DNA from: Octopus sinensis
Taxonomy: Eukaryota
Reading direction: 5' to 3'
Length of the DNA stretch: 7,046 bases
Assembly: GCF_006345805.1 (NCBI RefSeq)
Contig: NW_021828957.1
Coordinates: 1 to 7,046, forward strand
Position numbers and translations under genes: made by a program
Part shown: positions 1 to 7,046 of the stretch, one piece after another
Layout: each line of letters opens with the position of its first letter
How positions within the stretch are numbered: the stretch's first letter is position 1
The notes under the pieces: model-generated
What the model was told of the DNA's origin: nothing
Database searches by the model: none
Seen by the model: only the letters and a program-made list of their open reading frames with translations

Positions 1-112
1 GCATACAACCTTAGGTGTATAGGAAAGCAAGAAGCTTTGCAGATTGAACAACAGACAATCCAAGCCAAGATCCACTTCACTTTATATCAAATATATACTA
101 AATCACATGCTG

Positions 113-201
113 TATGTATATATATATATATATAGATATATATATATATATATATATAATATATATATATATGTAATATGTGGATATATATATATATATA
201 T
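113..201. repeat. (TA)n microsatellite, imperfect
   Basis: Direct reading: TA dinucleotide run with a few interruptions. Confidence 0.95.
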
Positions 202-387
202 GAATAAAAAAAATGGAGTTAACGCAGGTTTAATCAAAAATTTTTACTTTCGACACATGTTCGAAAATTCCACTGATACTATTCAAAAGAATAAATGGTA
301 TAAACAATGCAATCTTCTCCTGGTACTATTTATTATTTATTTTTTTTTTCCATTGTTAATTGTTAACAAGGTAAAAATACACTCATC

Positions 388-413
<26 letters not shown>
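388..413. repeat. (TA)n microsatellite
   Basis: Direct reading. Confidence 0.95.
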
Positions 414-418
<5 letters not shown>

Positions 419-515
419 TATCAGGGTAATAAAGAAGTTTTAGAAATTTCTACTACCAGTGGCCTAGCGTGTAAAAAATTAGTCAATATACTTTTTATTA
501 TTCATATAAATACAG

Positions 516-671
516 TGTACATTTAAATACATAAGAGGCATCCGTCATAGGATGCCTTGCACGATAGAAGGAACAACTAAAATCCAAACTAGTGGTTTGG
601 ATTTTAGCTGTTCCTTCTAGCGTGGCAGCAAGTATCCTATGACGGATATCTCTTGTATGTTTAAATGTACA
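516..671. mobile_element. Foldback palindrome, candidate MITE / non-autonomous DNA transposon
   Basis: Left arm 516-589 (74 bp) aligns to the reverse complement of 595-671 (77 bp) with about 65 identities by hand count. Perfect blocks: TGTACATTTAAA (12), ATCCGTCATAGGAT (14), TAGAAGGAACA (11), CTAAAATCCAAAC (13). Spacer TAGTG is 5 nt. The inverted repeat is seen directly; the MITE call is inference. Confidence 0.65.
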
Positions 672-677
672 ATATTA

Positions 678-678
678 A

Positions 679-716
<38 letters not shown>

Positions 717-881
717 TATATGTATATATATATATCTCATGGGAGGGGTACATATGTTATATTGTTGTATGCATGCATGTATAATATATTATATATATAT
801 ATATATATATATAATGTAAATACATATATATATATATACACACACACTCATACGAATGAATATAAGTAATATATATATATT
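678..881. repeat. (TA)n-rich low-complexity tract (runs near 678-737 and 781-881)
   Basis: Direct reading. Confidence 0.9.
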
Positions 882-932
882 CATAGAGGGAGAGGGTGGG
901 GGGGGAGAGAGAGACAGACCGACAGGTACATT

Positions 933-948
933 GATAGATAAATAGATA

Positions 949-1020
<72 letters not shown>

Positions 1021-1025
1021 TAGAT

Positions 1026-1074
<49 letters not shown>

Positions 1075-1078
1075 TATA
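933..1078. repeat. Compound microsatellite (GATA)/(TA)n/(GA)n/(GAAA)n/(GATA)n
   Basis: Direct reading of consecutive repeat blocks. Confidence 0.95.
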
Positions 1079-1501
1079 GATCTTTATATTGACATAGATA
1101 CTTATATACACGCAACGCAATGTGGTATACGTCAGATCATGGATGTTTGTACATAATGTCAGGATGAACCGGTCGTAACAACATGTGTTGTGCACATGTA
1201 TAATATACAGCCTCGAATTGCTTGATTCTACGCCTGTGGTTATGCAAAGATGTATTTTAAAGATGATTAATTGCTAGTGTACGGTTGACTTACGTGTGTA
1301 TTAGTTGTAGAGAGTAACTGTACGTGTTTCTGTGTAAGAGTATATATGAGTAATTGTTGGGCCTTATGTCTGGCTTTATAGCTTCCCTCTACGTATTAGC
1401 ATACATACCGATATAGTTCTGACAAACTCATATGAAAAATCACGGTGTATTTTTATTATATCTAAATACATACATATTTACGTGTGTGCGTATATAAAGA
1501 A

Positions 1502-1580
1502 CGAAAGAAAGAGAGATAGAGAGAGAGGGGGGAGAAAGAAACAAAGAAAGAAAGAAAGAAGGGAAGAGAGAGAGAGAGAG
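1502..1580. repeat. Polypurine (GA)n/(GAAA)n tract
   Basis: Direct reading. Confidence 0.9.
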
Positions 1581-1605
1581 ACAAACACGAACAGATAGAC
1601 TGGTA

Positions 1606-1662
1606 GATAGATAGATAGATATAGATAGATAGATAGATAGATAGATAAATAGATAATAGATA

Positions 1663-1730
<68 letters not shown>
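1606..1730. repeat. (GATA)n microsatellite, left flank of the LINE cluster
   Basis: Direct reading; a few imperfect units. Confidence 0.97.
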
Positions 1731-1946
1731 GTTTCTTTATTGGCCACACAGGACTGCACACAGAAGGGACAAGTTACAAGGTAGAGCTTTTCTTTTGGGG
1801 GATGAAAAAAGCAAAAAAAAAAAAAAAGAAACAAAAAAAGGTGGCGTAGGATTTCGATCAAAAGGGATCGTAAAAAGGAAAAAAAGAACAAAATATAAAA
1901 TTTAAAAAATAAAAAAAGAAAGAAAGGAAAAGGAACAAAAGAAAAG

Positions 1947-1947
<1 letters not shown>
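1731..1947 (-). mobile_element. Solo 3' end of the Tx1-like LINE (severely 5'-truncated second copy)
   Basis: 1731-1801 matches 2061-2131 ungapped at 59/71 (83%). It also shares the AAAGGTGG..GTAGG.TTTCGATCAAAAGGGATCG block. On the minus strand an AATAAA (plus-strand TTTATT, 1736-1741) lies just before the (TATC)n run. GATA arrays flank it on both sides. Confidence 0.75.

Positions 1948-2031
<84 letters not shown>
1948..2031. repeat. (GATA)21 microsatellite between the two LINE 3' ends
   Basis: Direct reading; followed by degenerate GTAG/GTAA units to about 2060. Confidence 0.97.
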
Positions 2032-2032
<1 letters not shown>

Positions 2033-2060
2033 GTAGGTAAGTAGGCAAGTACATAGATAT

Positions 2061-3154
2061 GTTTCTTTAATAGCCACACAGGGATCAACACAGAGGGCGC
2101 AAATTACAAAGTAGAACTTTTCTTTTGGGGGAGAAAAAAAAAGAAAATAAATATAAAAAATAAAAGGTGGGGGTAGGTTTTCGATCAAAAGGGATCGTTA
2201 AAAGAAAGAAAAACGATCAATAGGGATCGTGTATCACAGTGTCATGATGTAAGTTGTAAAGGGGGAAGCAGATAAGGTTTATCCGTGGGAAGAAAAGCCT
2301 ACGGAAAAGACCACGGTAACCTCGCTCAATATTGTTACATGTTACCACATTTGTTTGCAAGTAGGTAACTCTTTGTTTTAAATTTCCGAGTTCATAGAAT
2401 TATGCTCAAGGTGGCTTCGTCATACATACATGCCATCCTTGCTACATTCACCCATCTTTTTTTTAAATATTCACTAGACAAAACTTGCCTCTCTACTCTC
2501 ACTTTCCTTTTCAAGTGATACTTGAAGAAGTTGATGACTGATTGACCAGAGAGGAAAGTGTTTGTCTCCAATCCTTTCAGACGCGTCCACCAGATACATT
2601 CTTTCGCCATAGCCACAAGGATTATGGAAATAGCTCTTCCTTCCCTTTTGAAGGAAGGAGGCGTGACAATATTGATGATAGACTCGGCTGATAAACCGAC
2701 TCGTCCCACACGTGACAGCAGTTGTTCGACATTGGCCCACAGGTCGGAAATGGTTTGACACTGCACGAGTTCGTGCAGAACGGTTTCGTCGCTCTGACCG
2801 CATCTCGGGCAGGTCGGCCCCGTGTTTCTCGAGCCGTGTCTGTAGAGCTTATCCCGAACTGGTAGCGCTTCTTGATAGCACTGCCAGCTCAGGGATCTCT
2901 GGAAGTTGTCCATGGGCCCTTGCCCGAAAGTCGTCCTGAACAGGTGGGTCAGGTATTCCTTGCCGACGTCCAGGTTCACCCCGAGGTCGTCGTCTTACCT
3001 CCTCTCCACTAATCCCCTATAGAATGCTTTGGTTGTGTTGAAGTCACTCAAGGTCGACCCGGAACGGCATAGTTGCTTGAGAGCAACGCGACACTCGCGG
3101 TGTCATTCGCCCTTCCTCGGCCTCTTTTTGATCCACGACTGCAGTTCGGTCATG
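2061..3154 (-). mobile_element. 5'-truncated non-LTR retrotransposon, L1 group, Tx1-like (ORF2 C-terminus plus ~330-bp 3' UTR)
   Basis: GC-rich coding segment 3153->2392 followed by a T-rich 3' UTR (minus strand). An ATTAAA (plus-strand TTTAAT, 2066-2071) sits at the 3' end. The coding frame begins abruptly at the (GATA)n boundary at 3155. Confidence 0.85.
2392..3153 (-). pseudogene. LINE ORF2 C-terminal fragment with zf-RVT-type CCHC zinc knuckle (Tx1/L1 clade); RT and endonuclease absent
   Basis: One frame reads [66 protein letters not shown]...SWQCYQEALPVRDKL...CPRCGQSDETVLHELVQC...LW...VAMAKECIWWTR...FFKYHLKRKVRVER...KKRW. Stops: TGA 3103-3105 and TAA 2995-2997. The LPxxxxL...CxxC-x4-ETxxH-x4-C...W...AKxxIWxxR...RW pattern is characteristic of L1/Tx1 ORF2 ends. 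Confidence 0.88.
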
Positions 3155-3541
<387 letters not shown>

Positions 3542-3892
3542 CACGCATACATACACACATAGATACACAGACGAGAGTAGATTTGTTAGAATGTCCTCGA
3601 TCACCATCTGAGTGATTTAATTCCCTTATATCTTTTCAAGTCATCTTGTCATCTGGCTGCTCTGTAGTCAGTGAACAGAGATACCATCTTTATTGGGTTG
3701 GCTGATATTGCTATACTTACTGTTGTTGTTGCTGTTCTTTGGCTTTTGCAATTTTATAATAAACACTACCGAAGCCAGCTGCTGCTAGTGATGATAACAA
3801 TCTTCCTATGATCTTATTTTTGTTGCTGTTTCACTTTACTGTGAACAGTGTCGTGCTCGCATGTATATATATATGTTCACGTACCAAAGAAA

Positions 3893-3960
3893 ATATCATT
3901 ATTATTATTATTAATGTTATTATTATTATTATCATCATCGTAATTGTTGCTGTTGTTGTT
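3893..3960. repeat. (ATT)n/(ATC)n/(GTT)n trinucleotide low-complexity tract
   Basis: Direct reading. Confidence 0.85.
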
Positions 3961-4020
3961 ATTTATGAGGGATGTGAGTTTTAGAAATAATTGAGTGTCT
4001 AACAAAATAACTCGTGATTT

Positions 4021-4098
4021 TATGTTCTCGGTTCAAATCTTACCGGGTCAACATCGCCTTTCATCCTTATGAGGTCGATAAATTTAATACCAATTAAG
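4021..4098 (+). mobile_element. Old degenerate fragment of SINE family B (B-box plus core)
   Basis: TATGTTCTCGGTTCAAATCTTACCGGGTCAACATCGCCTTTCATCCTTATGAGGTCGATAAATTTAATACCAATTA aligns to 4551-4626 (TACGTTCTGAGTTCAAATTCC...GCCTTTCATCCTTTCGGGGTCGATTAAATAAGTACCAGTTA). Confidence 0.8.
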
Positions 4099-4464
4099 TT
4101 CTCAGACTCACATAAGAGATGTTTATAGAAGTAGCTTTAGGTATACGTTACGCTTAGATTTTAAAATTCTTACGCATATCAGCATAAATATTCATATTTG
4201 CAGTTAAAAATGAAAAAGAACATAATATAACAAGGGTACTCGCCCAAAATCCCATACCAAAGAATATAGCTTTAAAATATATTAAAAAAGGAGACAGAAA
4301 AATAAGCATCTTAGTATATAGGCGCAGCATGTACGTATGGTTAAGAACCTAACTTTGAAACCTCGAGGTACCAGGTTCAGTCACACCGGATGGGGCACCT
4401 TGCACGAGTGTCTTCTGCTATAGCCCAGGCCAACCAATGCTTATTGAATGAAAATAGTAGACGT

Positions 4465-4479
4465 AAACTATGAGGAAAT
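4465..4479 (+). repeat. Left copy of the target-site duplication around the SINE-B dimer
   Basis: AAACTATGAGGAAAT versus AAACTATGACGAAAT at 4900-4914 (14/15). Confidence 0.8.
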
Positions 4480-4486
4480 AGTTTAT

Positions 4487-4716
4487 GGCGGCGAGCTGGC
4501 AGAAACGTTAGCACGCCGGGCGAAATGCTAAGCGGTATTTCGCCTGCCGTTACGTTCTGAGTTCAAATTCCGCGAGGTCGACATTGCCTTTCATCCTTTC
4601 GGGGTCGATTAAATAAGTACCAGTTACGCACTGGGATCGATATAATCGACTTAATCCGTTTGTCTGTCCTTGTTTATCCCCTCTGTGTGTAGCCCTTGTG
4701 GGCAGTAAAGAAATAG
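4487..4716 (+). mobile_element. tRNA-derived SINE family B, full-length copy
   Basis: Head GGCGGCGAGCTGGCAGAAACG (A-box-like 4497-4507), B-box-like GAGTTCAAATTCC 4559-4571, core GGTCGAC.TTGCCTTTCATCCTTTCGGGGTCGAT.AAATAAGTACCAG, 3' end ...GTGGGCAGTAAAGAAATAG. Three related copies occur in the window. Confidence 0.8.
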
Positions 4717-4898
4717 GTATTTCGTCTGCCGATTTCAAATTCTGCCGTGGTCGACTTTGCCTTTCATCCTCTCGGGGTCGATAAATTAAGTACGAGTTAC
4801 ACACTGGGGTCGATGTAATTGACTTAATCCCTTTGTCTGTCCTTGTTTGTTTAGCCCCCCCCCCCTATGTTTACCCTTTGTGGGCAATAAAGAAATAG
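4716..4898 (+). mobile_element. SINE family B, head-less tandem second copy
   Basis: Aligns to 4534-4716 at roughly 85-90% with a ~10-bp deletion before the B-box. Ends with the same terminus (...GTGGGCAATAAAGAAATAG). Confidence 0.85.
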
Positions 4899-4899
4899 G

Positions 4900-4914
4900 A
4901 AACTATGACGAAAT
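4900..4914 (+). repeat. Right copy of the target-site duplication around the SINE-B dimer
   Basis: AAACTATGACGAAAT, 14/15 identical to 4465-4479. Confidence 0.8.
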
Positions 4915-5032
4915 CCGTCATATATATATATATATATATAATATATATAATTTTCATTTACATATTTGCATTACAAAAATTTAACATTAAATTTTGTATA
5001 TAAGTAAACTATCGTAAACGACATTTTATACC

Positions 5033-5500
5033 ACGACGACGACGACGACGACCACCACCACCACCACAACCACGGCACATTTTCTATATGGGTGTGTATG
5101 TGTCTGTGAGTGTGTGTGTGTGTTTGCGCGTTCGTTACGTACTTTATGGTGATGACTGAGAAGTGTATGTGTGAGTGTATGTGATGATGTACGTGTGTGA
5201 ATATACACGCATACACATACATACACACTTGCACGCACATCTAAAGAGAGAGAGAGAGACACACACACACACACACAGAGGGACAGAGATACGCTTGATG
5301 TGTGCGTGAATGTATGTCTCTCTGTGTCTGTCTTAGTATATGAATGTGAGTGTATGTCAGACTGTGTGTGTAATAATGTTTACACGTTGTGCCTGAAACA
5401 ATTAAGCACACAAACATACCTACACTTATAAATACAAATATGTGTAAGTGTGTATGTGTGTGTGTGTGTGTGTTGTGTGTGTGTGGTGTGTGTGTGCGTG
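5033..5500. repeat. Mixed microsatellite region: (GAC)n(CAC)n, (GT)n, (GA)n, (CA)n
   Basis: Direct reading; contains short unique islands (see findings). Confidence 0.85.
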
Positions 5501-5551
5501 TTTCCGCATTCGTTACGTCTATAGTAAACTATAGTAAAGGACATTTTATGC

Positions 5552-6173
5552 CGTTTTAATGAGCCCACATCTAATGAAGTAGCCATCCTTATTGTGGGTG
5601 ATCCCATTCAAAATCGTGATATTCTCATTCGTTCTCTAGACAAAAACCTTAAATGTGTTTCAGAGACTCATCCCTCTTATGATGCTCTCTAGTATCCTCT
5701 TATTTTGCGGAATGGACAAGATTGGTATCATTTCAATATTCCTCGGATTGAACCTGCAACACCAGAGTCAATTACAAACAAAAAGGTGTCGTCAAATCAC
5801 TTCTATTCTTACCACCTGATGTTAAGACCAGAACAATCAAACCAAATACACATGTATCATGATCTATTTCAACAATACCTGGTTGACAGGTATGCTAAAG
5901 TTCAGATTGAACGTCTCCTTTGCATTCGTAAAAATTAAAAAAAGTTAAGGGATAAATATTATGTTCATCTCCAAGATGCTTTGAAGACAGATGGTGATAT
6001 TCAAAACTCGGGGCAACTTATAATCCTCCTATCATCATTTACAGGTGGTCCTCAATATATGCATGAACGAATACTAGATGCTATGACATATGTCAGGACA
6101 TGGAAAACCAGATCTTTTTGTCACGTTCATCTGCAATCCTAAATGGGAGGAAATAAAATCTAACCTTCTTCCA
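5552..6173 (+). pseudogene. Helitron Rep-Helicase, Rep N-terminal (Helitron_like_N) fragment
   Basis: RFNEPTSNEVAILIVG...RDILI...VSETHPSYDAL*YPLI...G..GWYHF-like...FYSYHLMLR...LFQQYLVDRYAKVQIERL..IRKN*KKLR...LLSSFTGGPQYMHERILDAMTYVR/HGKPDLFVTFICNPKWEEIKSNLLP. These are recognisable Helitron motifs (YDxLQYPL, LFQQYxVD, PSSFTGGPRYM, PDLFxTFTCNPxW). Confidence 0.93.
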
Positions 6174-6175
6174 GT

Positions 6176-7046
6176 GCTACATCTACTTGTATTGCAGCTA
6201 CCCTCCACAATGGGGGAAGAACTGCTCATTCCATGTTCGAACTCCCTCTAAACCTTGCAATGAAAAAATCTCAAATGTGCAACATTTCCAAAAACTCTGC
6301 AGTGGCAACAGTTCTTCAAAAAACTTGCCCCATTGTTTGGAATGAGTGCACCATATTACATCGTGGTTCTTTAGAGGTATTTGACCGTACCCTCCAAGAC
6401 ATAAAAAACAATAGCCTGCTCATGGGAGGAGTGACACTTCTTGCTTGAGATTTTCGTCAAACGTTGCCAGTTATCTCCAAAGGATCAAAAGCTGTTGAGG
6501 TCAATGCATGCTTGCAAAAATCGGGCCTTTGGAGACGTGTGAAAAAAGCTTCAACTTACAAGCAACATGTGAGTACTTCTACAAGCTGATCATACGAGCT
6601 TCTTAAGATTGGTAATGAGATATTAACATTCAACTCAAGGCTTCAGCTACATGAAATTACATGCGATCAAATGATACTTTCTCTTAGGTATCTTATGGAT
6701 AAAGTATTTCCTATTTTATCTCTCAGTTACACTGATGTAACCTGACTAGGTGAAAGGGCTATACTGGCTCCAACTAATGAAATGGTTGATAAACTCAATC
6801 ATGAACGTCTTCAAAAGTTAATAGAATAATCAGAAATGACTTTTCGATCAATTGACAACAGTCGATCATGATCAGGTTGTTCAATATCCTGTTGAATTTC
6901 TGAACACACTTAAACCCACTGAGATGCCACCACATAACTTGACACTAAAACCGGATGCTCCCATTATGTTGCTTAGGAATCTTGACCCATCTCACTTCTG
7001 TAATGGAACTCGCTTAATTGTTACTTTCATGAGGCCCCATGTCCTA
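6176..7046 (+). pseudogene. Helitron Pif1-family (SF1B) helicase fragment lacking Walker A
   Basis: ATSTCIAATLHNGGRTAHSMFELPL...IVWNECTILH...FDRTLQDI...MGGVTLLA*DFRQTLPVI...ACLQKSGLW...LTSNM*V...LLKIGN...ERAILAPTNE...YPVEFLNTL...MPPHNLTLK...PIMLLRNLDP...CNGTRLIV. Confidence 0.95.

Larger units (their letters stand above)
4321..4950 (+). mobile_element. tRNA-derived SINE family A (4321-4479 plus 4915-~4950), interrupted by a SINE-B insertion
   Basis: Head GGCGCAG; A-box-like TGGTTAAG 4338-4345; B-box-like GGTTCAGTC 4374-4382; body GGCACCTTGCACGAGTGTCTTCTGCTATAGCCC...GTAGACG.AAACT. It resumes after the insert as CCGTCA plus a (TA)n tail. Resembles from memory an abundant octopus SINE (...GGTAGACGGAAACTG..GAAGCCCGTCGTATATAT); not database-checked. 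Confidence 0.72.
5552..7046 (+). mobile_element. Decayed, internally deleted Helitron (rolling-circle transposon); continues past the window end
   Basis: Rep N-terminal region and Pif1-family helicase motifs in the same orientation. Six premature stops (5690, 5936, 6446, 6570, 6743, 6827) and at least four frameshifts (~6098, ~6548, ~6590, ~6857). Confidence 0.93.

Noticed and set aside
1-117. Open frame +1 (AYNLRCIGKQEALQIEQQTIQAKIHFTL...) ending near a possible GTATGT donor at 112
   Set aside because: Only 37 codons, no recognisable homology, cut by the window edge; such a frame can occur by chance.
888-905. Potential G-quadruplex GGGAGAGGGTGGGGGGGG
   Set aside because: Fits the motif but lies within a simple-repeat tract with no functional context.
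1181-1199. Hairpin ACATGTG-TTGTG-CACATGT as a Helitron 3' hairpin
   Set aside because: AT-rich 7-bp stem with no CTRR terminus at a suitable distance on either strand; expected by chance.
44-2188. ORFs 44-418, 789-1115, 881-1195, 1462-1761, 1478-2188, 1858-2091
   Set aside because: Translations are YI/LSIY/SL repeats produced by (TA)n, (GATA)n and (GA)n runs that lack stop codons; no protein-like content.
1855-2230. CRISPR-like array from repeated palindromic 16-mers
   Set aside because: Only three copies with very unequal spacing (327 and 32 bp), eukaryotic context, no cas genes; explained by LINE 3' UTR copies.
2474-2939. ORFs 2474-2803 (-), 2712-2939 (-), 2558-2758 (+)
   Set aside because: Alternative-frame or antisense shadows of the GC-rich LINE ORF2; no recognisable motifs.
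3715-3830. Possible minus-strand exon (IIGRLLSSLAAAGFGSVYYKIAKAKEQQQQ) ending at a GTAAGT donor
   Set aside because: No polypyrimidine-AG acceptor, an in-frame TGA just upstream, and the poly-Q is a (GTT)n repeat. RNA-seq coverage would be needed to revive it.
4321-4575. tRNA genes at the SINE heads
   Set aside because: A- and B-box-like motifs are present but I cannot fold a complete cloverleaf, and both continue into SINE bodies.
4550-5607. ORFs 4550-4804, 4971-5240, 5026-5274, 5380-5607 (-)
   Set aside because: Antisense SINE dimer and microsatellite translations. The shared KMSFTIVY peptide simply reflects duplicated motif A.

Overview
AT-rich, microsatellite-laden eukaryotic non-coding DNA made almost entirely of transposon relics. 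No host gene, RNA gene or CRISPR array is supportable. The two tRNA-derived SINE families resemble, from memory, repeats abundant in octopus genomes, so an octopod cephalopod source is inferred but not verified. In order: (1) a 156-bp foldback/MITE-like palindrome (516-671) with a small hairpin nested in each arm; (2) a 5'-truncated Tx1/L1-clade LINE on the minus strand (2061-3154, ORF2 C-terminal CCHC zinc knuckle, two in-frame stops) with (GATA)n on both sides, plus a second ~83%-identical solo 3' end (1731-1947) in the same GATA array, suggesting (GATA)n/(TATC)n-targeted insertion; (3) a SINE (4321-4950) interrupted by a head-to-tail 1.8-mer of a second SINE (4487-4898) with a 15-bp target-site duplication; (4) a decayed Helitron Rep-Helicase (5552 to window end) in which the Rep N-terminal region is joined directly to the middle of the Pif1 helicase. 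Most ORFs in the supplied track are microsatellite or antisense artefacts.
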